Origin: Vulcanimicrobiota bacterium
GTDB taxonomy: Bacteria > Vulcanimicrobiota > Xenobia > Xenobiales > JADMJV01
Direction of reading: 5' to 3'
NCBI GenBank assembly: GCA_050250895.1
Contig: JBFWNU010000005.1
Coordinates: forward strand, 224,001-288,000
DNA length: 64,000 bases
Part shown: positions 1-9,649 of the stretch, one piece after another
Numbering within the stretch: the stretch's first letter is position 1
Layout: each line of letters begins with the position of its first letter
Translations under genes and position numbers: made by a program
The notes under the pieces: model-generated
Seen by the model: the letters and a program-made list of their open reading frames with translations, nothing else
Databases searched by the model: none
Told to the model about the DNA's origin: nothing

Positions 1-2
1 GG

Positions 3-575
3 GCGCGCTTTCCCGAGGTCTTCGTGGCTTGGCGCGATCAGCCCGTGGCTCCTCGCCTGGCCCGGGTCGAGTCGCTGGTGCTGATTCCCCGAACCTTGTT
101 TGGAAAGGGGACGGTCCTGCTGGTGTCCCATGGCATCCTACTCGAACCCCGTCACTGCGAGCTTGGCTGCCCGGGCGCCCTGGCTGCCCTCTGCGTCGAT
201 GATGTAGCTACCGACCTTTCGGGGCTGCAGCTGAGCGAGCCCATAGAGGACCGGCTCGAAGCGCTCCGGCAGATCGGCCTACATCTGGTGGAACTGATTC
301 ACCAGGAGCTGCCCAATCTAAATCTAGCCGTGACCGAAGGGCACTATATCTTGCCTCGGTCGCTGGTAGGAGGGTTGTTGAGCCTGGGCTTGAGCTGGTT
401 TGGCGGACCGCTGGCCCCGTTAATCGGCAGCTGGGCCCTGGTCAAAGGCGTGGTGGCTGGCACGCTCGGCTCGTGGGCTTACAACCGAGGCACCGGTGCC
501 AACCAGAAACTGACTCGCCTGATCCGCCAGGAGATCGAAGACCATCTTCCCCGGCCTACAGAGCCAGAGTCTTGA
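3..575 (+). CDS. hypothetical membrane-associated protein, probably 5'-partial
   Basis: The frame of ORF 24..575 is open to the window edge. It has a C-terminal Gly-rich hydrophobic hairpin (LVGGLLSLGLSWFGGPLAPLIGSWALVKGVVAG). Confidence 0.55.
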   Translation, partial: ARFPEVFVAWRDQPVAPRLARVESLVLIPRTLFGKGTVLLVSHGILLEPRHCELGCPGALAALCVDDVATDLSGLQLSEPIEDRLEALRQIGLHLVELIHQELPNLNLAVTEGHYILPRSLVGGLLSLGLSWFGGPLAPLIGSWALVKGVVAGTLGSWAYNRGTGANQKLTRLIRQEIEDHLPRPTEPES

Positions 576-915
576 GGTCACCCAGCCGGATGTGTTCTAA
601 GGCCGAGATGTGGGTGGCCTCGAGGCGCACGGGCGGTGCCACTCCGGCATCGAAGGCCTCTTGCCAACGCATGGCGCACAGGCACCAACAATCGCCGGGT
701 CTAAGTCCCGCAAAGCCGAATTCGGGCCGGGGGGTCGACAAGTCGTTGCCCCGACTCTGGGAGAAGACCAGAAACTCTTCGGTCATGCGAGCGCAGACCA
801 GATGCAGGCCAAAGTCCTGGGGACCGGTGCGGCAGCAGCCGTCGCGATAGAAGCCGGTCAACGGATCCAGCGAGCAGTCTTCGAGGTCGGTGCCGAGCAC
901 GTTCTTGGGTCTCAT
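556..915 (-). CDS. DUF2237 family protein
   Basis: Characteristic NVLG..L..CS.DPLTGFYRDGCC and LRPGDCWCLCA.RW motifs; ATGA overlap with the upstream desulfurase. Confidence 0.9.
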   Translation of the reverse strand: MRPKNVLGTDLEDCSLDPLTGFYRDGCCRTGPQDFGLHLVCARMTEEFLVFSQSRGNDLSTPRPEFGFAGLRPGDCWCLCAMRWQEAFDAGVAPPVRLEATHISALEHIRLGDLKTLAL

Positions 916-2036
916 CTTGAAGCCGCCCCCGCCAGTTGCTGGTAGGCCCGGCTCAGGTTGGCGACGGCCGTGGCTACCTCGGCTTCGGTGGTGAACCGAC
1001 CCAGCGATAGACGCACGGCTCCGCGGGCTCGTTCGGCCGAGATGCCCATGGCCTTGAGCACGGGCGAGACCTCGCCGGAGTGACAGGCGGCCCCCGTCGA
1101 AGCGGCGATGCCGGCCTCTTCGAGCAGGCGGGTGCCCTGCATCCCTGCGAAGCTGACATTGAGCGTGTTGGGTAGTCGATGCTCAGGGTGGCCATTAAGT
1201 TGGACCCGCCCCCCCAGGGCCTCTCGAAGCCCATCCCAGAGGATGTCGCGAAGTCGGGACGAGGTGGGCAGGCCGTGCTCGGACGCCAATCGAGCCGCCT
1301 CGCCCAGAGCGATGATGCCGTGGCTGTTGAGAGTGCCACCGCGCAGGCCGCGTTCGTGGCCGGCTCCGTGCAAAAGCGGTGAGATCTCGACGCCGTCGCG
1401 CAGATAAAGGGCCCCGCAGCCTTTGGGAGCGTAAAACTTATGACCGGCCACGGTGAGCAGGTCGACCCCCAGCTCGTCGACTCGAGTGGTGACTTTGCCC
1501 ACTGCCTGGGAGGCATCGCAATGGAAGAGCGCCCCCCGGGAGTGTGCCAGGGAGGCCAGTTCGGCGATCGGTTGCAGGGTGCCCACCTCGTTTTGCGCCT
1601 GCATGATACTGACCAGGATGGTATCGTCACGAAGGGCCGCCGCCAGGTCTGACGGCGAGACGCGTCCGAACTCGTCCACCGGCAGATAAGTAACCTCGAA
1701 TCCGAAGCGAGCCAGGAACTCCATCGGCAGGCGGACGGCGGCGTGGTCGACCACACTGGTGATGAGGTGGCGGCCTTTGTCCTGATGGGCCCAGGCGATG
1801 CCTTTGACGGCCAGGTTGTTGGACTCGGTGCCGCCACCGGTGAAGAGGATTTCGTTGGGACTGGCGGCTAGAAGTTCGGCCAGCTGGGTCCGGGCCGTCT
1901 CGACCCGCTCTCGCACCGCCAGGCCCGGGGCGTGCGAACTGGTTGGATTGGCCGACGATTCTCGCATGACCTGACCGACCAGCTCGATGATGGTCGGGTC
2001 GACCGGGGTGGTGGCGTTGTAGTCGAGGTAAATCAT
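912..2036 (-). CDS. iscS: cysteine desulfurase (IscS/NifS family, class V PLP aminotransferase)
   Basis: IYLDYNATTP, FTGGGTESNN, HCDASQ, GHKFYAPKG (PLP lysine) and STGAACHS (catalytic Cys). Confidence 0.93.
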   Translation of the reverse strand: MIYLDYNATTPVDPTIIELVGQVMRESSANPTSSHAPGLAVRERVETARTQLAELLAASPNEILFTGGGTESNNLAVKGIAWAHQDKGRHLITSVVDHAAVRLPMEFLARFGFEVTYLPVDEFGRVSPSDLAAALRDDTILVSIMQAQNEVGTLQPIAELASLAHSRGALFHCDASQAVGKVTTRVDELGVDLLTVAGHKFYAPKGCGALYLRDGVEISPLLHGAGHERGLRGGTLNSHGIIALGEAARLASEHGLPTSSRLRDILWDGLREALGGRVQLNGHPEHRLPNTLNVSFAGMQGTRLLEEAGIAASTGAACHSGEVSPVLKAMGISAERARGAVRLSLGRFTTEAEVATAVANLSRAYQQLAGAASR

Positions 2037-2097
2037 TGGCCAGCGCTTCTACGACTGGAGCCGGAGGCCTGCCCGTTCGGGTCTCGAAGGCTGCTCG

Positions 2098-3453
2098 ATG
2101 AAGTCCTCACGCCACTCTCAACTCGAAGACTTTCTGGCCAGCCAGCGCCCGGGGGAGACCGAATCTCAGGGCGTGTTCACCCTGGCTCGCGACGAGGCCC
2201 TGCGCAAGTTGGCCTCGTTCCGCCTACCCTTTGATGGCGCCTGGGCTCTCAAGCTAGTCCAGGCGGCTGTGGCCGGCGGCGCCGGCTCGATCGAGGTTCG
2301 TCAAAGTTCACGAGAGACGACCTTTCGTTTCGGGGGCGATCTCTGCCTGGAACGATTCGAGGCAGCCTTCTTCAATCCCGAACCCAGTGGCATTCAGGCT
2401 CTCGACCACCTGCTGGCGGGCTTGTGGACGGTGGCCCTGGGAGAGCAACGTCCGTTCGAACTGCTTTGGCCTGGTCAGGACGAATCGCTCGTCTGGGCAG
2501 GCGGCGAATTCCTGCATCGTCGCTCAGGCCAGCGCGAGAAGAAGGTGAGATTGACGATAAGCCACCGTCAGGCCAACATTCCCGGGCTGGGCCAACTGCA
2601 GGCGGCTCAACGCAATGGCGAGGTGCTCAAGGCTCTCACCGAAAGGGCCTACGTTTGTCCGGTGCCGCTGACGGTGGACAATCGCCGCCTGGACAGCCTG
2701 TGGTTGTGCCCCGACCACGGATTGTCTAGCCGAAGCCACTGCCTGGGTCTGGGCTGGGCCAAGGCCGACAGTCCGGCCTTTGAATTGCCGCTGGGCACCT
2801 TCGAGGGCCTTGTTCCCGACGAACAAGCGCGCAAGAAGGCTGGCGAGCAAGCGGCCGCGCGGGCCCTCGAGCAGGTCGAATACACCACCAGTCCGGGAGC
2901 CATCTCGGTTGCCTGGTTGGCCAGCGTGCACTTCCATCTAGCCCGCAAAGGGAGGCATAAGATCTGGACCCAGGCCTATCAGAACAGCCAGGTCCACTGG
3001 ATCCTCGACGGGGTGGTCATCGCCACCCAGGATCTGGCCATGGGAGAGCGCTCCTTTTCGTTGGGCGTCTTCGCTTCGGCCGCCGGTTTGGGACTGGACA
3101 TTACCGGCTTTGGATTGATCGCTTCCGAGGCGCGCGACCAGCGATTGGCCAGCGCCTGCTCGGCCATTGGGGAGGGGGTGGAGTCGGTTCCCGAGGTGGA
3201 TCTGACCGCCTTGATCGCGTCGGCCCAGCGCTCCGGCCTTTGGTTGGGTAGCGCCATGGTGGTCGGCGGGGTGTTGGTGCTGGCCATGAGCCCGCTGCAT
3301 TCGTTCTTTCTCGGGGTGGTCGGCTCGGCTCTGATTAAAAAATCCGGCACCGCCATCAAAGATGTCGAGGCGGGGCTCAAGAGAGCCCGGAGTGACTTCT
3401 TGACCAGTTGGAAGCGAGATTACTCAGAGGCCAGATCGCGCCAAGAATTTTGA
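2098..3453 (+). CDS. hypothetical protein with degenerate GHKL/HATPase-like N-terminus and C-terminal hydrophobic hairpin
   Basis: 451-aa ORF. FTL...ALRKLASF...WALKLVQAAVAGGAGSIEV resembles the GHKL N-box region (ELVQNA.DAGA..I.V). Two hydrophobic segments lie near the C-terminus. Confidence 0.6.
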   Translation: MKSSRHSQLEDFLASQRPGETESQGVFTLARDEALRKLASFRLPFDGAWALKLVQAAVAGGAGSIEVRQSSRETTFRFGGDLCLERFEAAFFNPEPSGIQALDHLLAGLWTVALGEQRPFELLWPGQDESLVWAGGEFLHRRSGQREKKVRLTISHRQANIPGLGQLQAAQRNGEVLKALTERAYVCPVPLTVDNRRLDSLWLCPDHGLSSRSHCLGLGWAKADSPAFELPLGTFEGLVPDEQARKKAGEQAAARALEQVEYTTSPGAISVAWLASVHFHLARKGRHKIWTQAYQNSQVHWILDGVVIATQDLAMGERSFSLGVFASAAGLGLDITGFGLIASEARDQRLASACSAIGEGVESVPEVDLTALIASAQRSGLWLGSAMVVGGVLVLAMSPLHSFFLGVVGSALIKKSGTAIKDVEAGLKRARSDFLTSWKRDYSEARSRQEF

Positions 3454-3466
3454 CGGGCCTGAGCCT

Positions 3467-4423
3467 TCAGACGGCGGGTAGCAAATCGGCGATGGCGGCG
3501 GTCACCTCAGCCGCGCTCTGATAACGTTGCTCGGGATCTTTGGCCAGCAGTTTCATGACGATGGCCTCGAGCCTGGGGTCGACCGCCATGTCGTGGGACA
3601 GGCTCACCGGCGCCGCCTTGCGATGCATCATCAGCACGGCCTTGGGACTCTCGCCGGCAAAAGGGGGAGCCCCCGATAACATCTCGTAGAACACACAGCC
3701 CAGTGAATAGAGGTCAGAGCGAGGGTCGTTCTCGGAGCCGGAGGTGCGCTCGGGGGCCAGATACTCGGGTGTGCCCAGGCGCATGGCCTTGTTGAGGAAG
3801 CGGCGATCGCTGCGGCAGAAGACGGTGGACACGCCAAAATCCATGACCTTCACGCGGCGATTGTTGGTGACGAAGATGTTGCGGGGCGAGACATCGCGGT
3901 GGATGACCCCGCGATGGTGGGCCCACCCCAGCGCGTCGGCCGCCGAGCGGGCAATTTGTGCCGCTTCGATGGCCGGCAGGCTCCCCTTTTGCTTGAGCAG
4001 GGTGCGCAGGTCCTGGCCCTCGAGAAATTCCATGGCGAAGAACGGGATTCTGGGAAACTTCTCGGCCTGATACTCGCCCACCGACAGCACCTTGACGATC
4101 GAGGGGTGGCGCAGGGTCATTCCGATCTCGGCCTCGCGCGAGAACGAGGCGATGAACTCCTTATCCTTGAGTTGCTCGCGGTGGGGGATCTTGACGGCCA
4201 CCAGTTCGCCAGCGCCGTCGAGGGCCTGGTAGACGGTGGCGGTGCCTCCGTCAGCCAGGGCTTCTCCGAGCAACAAACCGTCGACCCGGCGGTCGGGCGG
4301 CAAGGGGGCGCGGGGATTGGAGAACTCGCGCGGAGTGTGGCGGGCGAAGGTGCGAATGAACAACACCAGCCCCCCCAGAAATACCAGTAGTTTACTAAGG
4401 ACCTCGGGTTGGAATTCGTTCAC
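3467..4423 (-). CDS. membrane-anchored Hanks-type Ser/Thr protein kinase
   Basis: N-terminal TM; VAVK, HRDVSPRN, DFG, GTPEYLAPE and SDLYSLG motifs. Confidence 0.93.
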   Translation of the reverse strand: MNEFQPEVLSKLLVFLGGLVLFIRTFARHTPREFSNPRAPLPPDRRVDGLLLGEALADGGTATVYQALDGAGELVAVKIPHREQLKDKEFIASFSREAEIGMTLRHPSIVKVLSVGEYQAEKFPRIPFFAMEFLEGQDLRTLLKQKGSLPAIEAAQIARSAADALGWAHHRGVIHRDVSPRNIFVTNNRRVKVMDFGVSTVFCRSDRRFLNKAMRLGTPEYLAPERTSGSENDPRSDLYSLGCVFYEMLSGAPPFAGESPKAVLMMHRKAAPVSLSHDMAVDPRLEAIVMKLLAKDPEQRYQSAAEVTAAIADLLPAV

Positions 4424-5862
4424 CGAGGACCAACCTCGACCAGCGTCGCCTCGATGCCGGGAGCCAGGTTGAGCCTGTCGCCCACCTCGACCTTGATATC
4501 CTGGCCTCGTAGCGCCGACTGGCCGTTGACCGAAGCGCGAATGGCCAGGTGTTTGTGGCGATAAAAGACACCCTCTTCGCGCACTTCGAGCTGGCCGTGA
4601 ATGGGCCCCAGGCGACGGTCCTGAATGCGAACCTCACAGTGGGCGCTGTAGCCGACCAGGTTGACAGCACGACTCAAGGGCATGATCTGGTCGTCATAGG
4701 CAAGTCCATAATGCTGCACCGACTCTTGGACACCCAGTTGTTCGTAGCTGAAGATGCTCTGACCGAGACGGAAGTTGTCCCCCGACATCAGCAAGGCTTC
4801 TTCGAAGGGCTCGACCTCACGCCAATTGTGTCCCACGGGCTGGTCCGAGAGGTTCTTGAGGGTGACCCGTCCACTGGCAAAGCTGATCTCGACCTGACCA
4901 GCCTCGGGGTCGGTCAGTTCGAGCGAGGCCATGGGGTGGGATTGGGCTCGGGCAATCACCAGCGGACCGGCCAGGGTCACCGGGTCGATAAACAGACAAG
5001 ACCCCTTGGCCGAACCCTCGGTGCCCCGGATGCAGTGCTGCTCGCCCAGGCTCCACAGGTCTTCGGTGTCCAGGCGCAGACCGGACTGCAGAGGGTGGCA
5101 CTCGCGCCCGCTCTTGACGGCTGCGGCCATACCCCCGGCCCGCTCGCTGGTGCAGGGGGCCAGGGCCACCCCGCCCAGCACCAGCAGATTATCCGATGAC
5201 AACCGGACCGGAGTATCCGCGGTCAAACGTTGAACCCGAACCAGGCCGGGCGAAGCCTTGAGCACCGCCGGGCTTTCTCCACCCGCCGGGCTGGCCCAGA
5301 AGGCGCCGTGAAGATAGCCGAGCAGGGCAATGCTCTCGCTGGGCTGCTCGAGGGGGATGCGCAACAGCGGAGAGGGTCCCGAGCCATCACCCCCGACCAA
5401 AAACCGATCATAGTTGAGGGGATGCAAGTCACCAGCCTGGGGTCCGTTGAGCACCAGCAGATGCAATCCAGTGTGGACGGGTCTAGAGATCTCGGGACCC
5501 TTCGGTCGATTAGCCGGGTCACCCACTTTGAGTTCAAAGACTAGATGGCCAAGCTTGACCCGGTCACCAACCTTTAGATAGACGGGGTCGACCACCTGGC
5601 TGCCATTATGGATGGTCGGGTTGGTCCGCGAACGATGCGCCAGTCGGTATTTGCGCTCGTTCTGTTCCCACTCGAGCACGGCGTGAACCCGCGAGACGGT
5701 AGGCTCGGGAAAGGTCACCACCCCGGCCGTGGGCTCGTCGCTGGGGTCATGGCGGCCCAGGGTGACCCGAGAATGGCTCAGGTAGTGGCGGGAGCCTGAG
5801 CCGCCGCCCTCGAGCACCACCAATTCGAGTCCAGAGTCGAAGGGCTCACCGGTAAAGGCCAT
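4420..5862 (-). CDS. multi-FHA domain protein
   Basis: First FHA has TLGR...VSRVHA...SRTNPT..NG, followed by about three further degenerate FHA-like beta domains. Start set at ATG 5862; 4-bp overlap with the kinase. Confidence 0.8.
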   Translation of the reverse strand: MAFTGEPFDSGLELVVLEGGGSGSRHYLSHSRVTLGRHDPSDEPTAGVVTFPEPTVSRVHAVLEWEQNERKYRLAHRSRTNPTIHNGSQVVDPVYLKVGDRVKLGHLVFELKVGDPANRPKGPEISRPVHTGLHLLVLNGPQAGDLHPLNYDRFLVGGDGSGPSPLLRIPLEQPSESIALLGYLHGAFWASPAGGESPAVLKASPGLVRVQRLTADTPVRLSSDNLLVLGGVALAPCTSERAGGMAAAVKSGRECHPLQSGLRLDTEDLWSLGEQHCIRGTEGSAKGSCLFIDPVTLAGPLVIARAQSHPMASLELTDPEAGQVEISFASGRVTLKNLSDQPVGHNWREVEPFEEALLMSGDNFRLGQSIFSYEQLGVQESVQHYGLAYDDQIMPLSRAVNLVGYSAHCEVRIQDRRLGPIHGQLEVREEGVFYRHKHLAIRASVNGQSALRGQDIKVEVGDRLNLAPGIEATLVEVGPR

Positions 5863-7210
5863 GCTTAACGCTTTTACCTCTCCCCTCAAGCCATTCCTGC
5901 GAAAGGCGGGAGGCCTGGCGACCCAAAAGATAGACGGGATCCCAGAGGGGGGCCAGGGGTGGCGTGTAGACGAGGTCGAGCCGTTCGAGGGCCGACCAGT
6001 CGAGTTCCGCCTCGATGGCGGTTGCCAGCAGGTCGATGCGTCCAGCCACCCCTTCGTCGCCCACTCCCTGAGCGCCGAGAATGCGCCCGCCCGCATCGAA
6101 TACCAGGCTGAAGGCGGCTCTCTGGTCGCCCAGATAGCTGGCCCGCGTTGGCGATTCGAGTTCGACCCGCTCGGCCCGGTAACCGAGTTGGGTGGCCGCT
6201 TCGAGGGTCAGTCCGACGCTGGCCACTTCCAAACCGAACACCTTTACGGCCACGTTTCCGAGGCTGCCTCCAAACCGCTGGTGGTGGCCCAGGGCGTTCT
6301 GGGCGGCCAGGCGACCCAGGCGGGCCGCGGTGGTCGCCAGGGGCAGATAGCTGGCTTTGCCGGTGACGCGATGCTCGACCTCTACTCCGTCTCCGGCGGC
6401 CCACACCCGATCCAGGCTGGTCTGGGCTCGCTGGTCGACGCGCACGGCGCCACTTTCGCCGGGCCGGGCCCCGGCCGCGGTCAGGAGTTCTGCATTCGGT
6501 TCGACCCCGGTTGCCAGCATGAAGAGGTCACCGGGCAGGTGACCTCCTTCCAGTTCGACCTCGTCGCGGGCGATACCGCGGCAGCCAGTGCCCAGCCGCA
6601 GGCTGATGCCCGCGCGTTGCATCCGTTGAGCGAGGATGGCGTGCAAGGAGCGGGGCAGGTCGAAAAAGCTCTCTTTTTGCTCCACCAGCGTGATCGGGAG
6701 GCCTCTTCGATGGAAGGCTTCGGCCATGGATAGACCCAGGTATCCCCCGCCCACGATCACGGCCTGGGTCGGCCTCTGGGATAGTCGAATCAACAGGCGA
6801 CGGGCGTCTTCGAGGGTGTTGAGCGAAAAGGCCAGCCGGGCCCCGGGCAGGTCGCGGCGGGGGCGGCCGCCCACGGCCACGATCAAGCCGTCGTATCCGA
6901 CTTCGCGCTCGAGGCCACGAGGCAGACTGCGACAGAGCACGGTCCTGGCCCGCGGCTCGAGCAAGACGGCCTCGTGCTCGGTTAATAGTTCGAGGCCCAA
7001 CTCTTCGACCAGGTAGGTCGGGGTGGCGGCCAGCAACTGGCTTTCGTGAGCGAGTTCGCCCGAGATCAGGTAGGGTAGGCCGCAAAGGCCTACCGAAACC
7101 TCGGGAAATCGCTCGATCACGGTAATCCTTGCCTCGGGATCGAGGCGCCTGGCTCGGGTGGCGGCGGCCATCCCGGCCGCACCTCCACCGATGATGACCA
7201 GTCTCTTCAC
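5846..7210 (-). CDS. CoA-disulfide reductase / NADH oxidase family flavoprotein
   Basis: IIGGGAAG (FAD), SVGLCGLPY redox Cys, VGGGYLG (NAD), WAAGD and YTPPLAP motifs. Start set at GTG 7210. Confidence 0.88.
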   Translation of the reverse strand: MKRLVIIGGGAAGMAAATRARRLDPEARITVIERFPEVSVGLCGLPYLISGELAHESQLLAATPTYLVEELGLELLTEHEAVLLEPRARTVLCRSLPRGLEREVGYDGLIVAVGGRPRRDLPGARLAFSLNTLEDARRLLIRLSQRPTQAVIVGGGYLGLSMAEAFHRRGLPITLVEQKESFFDLPRSLHAILAQRMQRAGISLRLGTGCRGIARDEVELEGGHLPGDLFMLATGVEPNAELLTAAGARPGESGAVRVDQRAQTSLDRVWAAGDGVEVEHRVTGKASYLPLATTAARLGRLAAQNALGHHQRFGGSLGNVAVKVFGLEVASVGLTLEAATQLGYRAERVELESPTRASYLGDQRAAFSLVFDAGGRILGAQGVGDEGVAGRIDLLATAIEAELDWSALERLDLVYTPPLAPLWDPVYLLGRQASRLSQEWLEGRGKSVKHGLYR

Positions 7211-7327
7211 CCCCAGCGTTTCCCGATCGCCGGGCCGCCTCCTGGTGAAGGGATCATAAGAAAAAGCCCGGCCTTGCGACACCGGGCAGAGAACAACGAC
7301 TCGGAGGCCATCCTAACGCCGATAGTT

Positions 7328-8041
7328 CTAACTCTTGAAAAAGCTCCTGAAGAAGCCCACGATGCGTCCGAAGAAACCTGGCTCGGGCTCGGGCGGCCTG
7401 GCCGGAGGACTGGCCGCCGGCACCTCGGGCTTGGCCGGTTCGATGCGAGGGGGGAGCAGCTCGGCCGCGGGCAGCCCGGGCTGAGCCTCGACCTCGACAG
7501 CGGAGAGTTCTTCGGGCATGGGCACGATGACTGGATGTTCGCGAGATTCGTAGATGGCGGGCAGGTTGCGACCGCGGGCGATGACCTCATCGACATCGTC
7601 GACCAGTTCAGCCAATTCTCGTTTGAGGTGAGGATAGGCGATGGGGCCCACCCGCATCACCCCATCGGCGGCACCGATGGTGGCTTGCTCGGTGGCGCGG
7701 CGGTGGTTCATGCCGACTTTCTGCGCGGTCACGGCGGTGGCTTCGACCGAGGCCTTGCCGGCCTGGATGACGTTGCCCCAACGTCGGGCCACCGTGAGCA
7801 CAGCCATTTCTGAGGCGGCCCGAATCTTGAGCTCCCCATCTTTTTGATGACTCAGCCCCTCGACCACGCTGGTAATGACCCGTTTGGTGACCTCACTGAC
7901 GCTCTCGCCACGATCGAGAGAAGCGTTCAGGATGTCCTCGACGGTCAGTTCCAGTGACTCGTTGACTAGTGACGATTTGAGCAGCTCGCGAATCTCGCTT
8001 TTGCCGCCGGAGTTGTCCGATTCCATAGAAGAAATCTCCAC
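7328..8041 (-). CDS. hypothetical protein, Pro/Glu-rich linker and amphipathic C-terminal helix
   Basis: 237-aa ORF with coding-like composition, ending GFFGRIVGFFRSFFKS. Confidence 0.7.
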   Translation of the reverse strand: MEISSMESDNSGGKSEIRELLKSSLVNESLELTVEDILNASLDRGESVSEVTKRVITSVVEGLSHQKDGELKIRAASEMAVLTVARRWGNVIQAGKASVEATAVTAQKVGMNHRRATEQATIGAADGVMRVGPIAYPHLKRELAELVDDVDEVIARGRNLPAIYESREHPVIVPMPEELSAVEVEAQPGLPAAELLPPRIEPAKPEVPAASPPARPPEPEPGFFGRIVGFFRSFFKS

Positions 8042-8192
8042 CTGTTTTGAATTTTATTCTAGCTCCCGGATCGGCTTCCTCCTGGATTTCCCTCGACTGG
8101 GAAAGGGGGCAAGAAAGGGTGGTCTCGAAGGAGATGATCTCGGAAAAGCGAACGACCTCGCTCCGAGTGGCTTGTAATCGCTGATAGATGGC

Positions 8193-8873
8193 TTGCCCCA
8201 GAACACAGAAATGCTGGGTAGATGGTTAGAATCTTTTAAGGCTCTGTTTTCGCGTTCTTCTGAGAACGCCGCTCCCCTCGACTACGGTAGCGGGCGCATC
8301 GAAGAGAAAGTGACGACGCGAGAAGAACTAGATGCTCCGGGCGGACCCGTGACCGCCTGTGAGGCGTTTGGCGTTGTCGTGGAAATTGCCAGGGCCTATG
8401 ACGAGCAAGCACGTCTTACCAGGGTCTCGAGCGGTCCGGGCCTCGACGAGCAAGGCCGGACCACGCTCTGGACCTTCCAGTATCAATTCCCCAACCGCTG
8501 GGCTCAGGCCGTCCTCTCGGTCCACACCGGACCACCCGGCACCAAGCCTGGTTCACCCGATGAGTTTCTTGAAGTCAATGTGACCCCGTTCCCCGCCCCG
8601 GGCAGTGCCATGGCCAAGATGCTGGCTGAGGGCCAGAGCGGCTTTGTCGAGCAGCAGTGGAAGGTCGAACTCGAGCGTCACGCCCCTCTGGCCGAGAAAT
8701 TCCGCGACAGTAGCGAAGTCTTTCAAGCCTGGATTAGCGACGGCTTGAGTCTGGCCACACTTGGCCCCGGGGTGCGTCTAGAAGGGATGACCTTGCCCCT
8801 GGGTGGGGCCGTATGGAGGTTGAGTGATCCCTCGTCGGGGAAGAAGAACCTCCGAGAGGCTCCATTCGTCTAG
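8193..8873 (+). CDS. hypothetical protein
   Basis: 226-aa ORF and first gene of a tight 3-gene run; the start could be ATG 8211. Confidence 0.7.
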   Translation: MPQNTEMLGRWLESFKALFSRSSENAAPLDYGSGRIEEKVTTREELDAPGGPVTACEAFGVVVEIARAYDEQARLTRVSSGPGLDEQGRTTLWTFQYQFPNRWAQAVLSVHTGPPGTKPGSPDEFLEVNVTPFPAPGSAMAKMLAEGQSGFVEQQWKVELERHAPLAEKFRDSSEVFQAWISDGLSLATLGPGVRLEGMTLPLGGAVWRLSDPSSGKKNLREAPFV

Positions 8874-8876
8874 ACC

Positions 8877-9644
8877 GTGCTGCGTGACCTGTTCAAAGGA
8901 TTGATTTCGCTAGTCAAAGGTCAACCAAATGAACAGGCTCCCCCCGAGGAGCGTCGCCATCTGGTTCGCCTGAAGTGCTGCATCCCGGTGGAGTTGTTCC
9001 ATTCGGGAGAGGGCTTTGCGGCCACCGTGGTCGATATGGGCATCAAAGGCATGCAGATTCGGACCCGGGTCAACCTCGAGTCGGGGACCGAGGTCTCGGT
9101 GATGCACGGCTCTGAGTCTCCAGAGTTCAAGCTGCGGACGGTCCGCTGTAAAGTCGTGTGGTGCCGGGGAAGGCGCTTCTCCCAGGATGTGGTGCTAGGG
9201 GTTAGCTATCACGACAGCCCGCAGAACCTCGACGCGTCCTGGGTCCGCTATCTGCTCGGCTGTCTGGGGCTCGACGAAACCACCGTGCGCCAACGTCGCC
9301 AACATGTGCGAGTGGATGGCTCGATCATGACCGACATTTATCACCAGGAAGGGAACCGACTGGCCAGCGGGCAACTCGTAAATATGAGCCTGGGTGGCTG
9401 TCTGGTTCAGATTCCGCAACATGTCGAGCCATCCACTCCGGTGAGCCTCGAGATCGGACCGTTCTCGAACCTGCCGGTGCTCAAGGTGAAAGGAAAGACA
9501 ATCGACAGCCGCGAGGACGAGAGGCTGGGGGGTTATCTCTGTAGTCTCGAGTTCGATGAACTCGAGGCCCTCGAGGTGAAGAGAGTCGGGGATTACGTGA
9601 TTCGGCTGCTGCAGGAGTCGAGCGCACACTTCCAAGGGAGTTAG
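8877..9644 (+). CDS. tandem PilZ-domain (c-di-GMP-binding) protein
   Basis: Two RxxxR / (D/N)xSxxG-like pairs: ERRHLVR..DMGIKGM and RRQHVR..NMSLGG. Confidence 0.85.
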   Translation: MLRDLFKGLISLVKGQPNEQAPPEERRHLVRLKCCIPVELFHSGEGFAATVVDMGIKGMQIRTRVNLESGTEVSVMHGSESPEFKLRTVRCKVVWCRGRRFSQDVVLGVSYHDSPQNLDASWVRYLLGCLGLDETTVRQRRQHVRVDGSIMTDIYHQEGNRLASGQLVNMSLGGCLVQIPQHVEPSTPVSLEIGPFSNLPVLKVKGKTIDSREDERLGGYLCSLEFDELEALEVKRVGDYVIRLLQESSAHFQGS

Positions 9645-9649
9645 GGATT

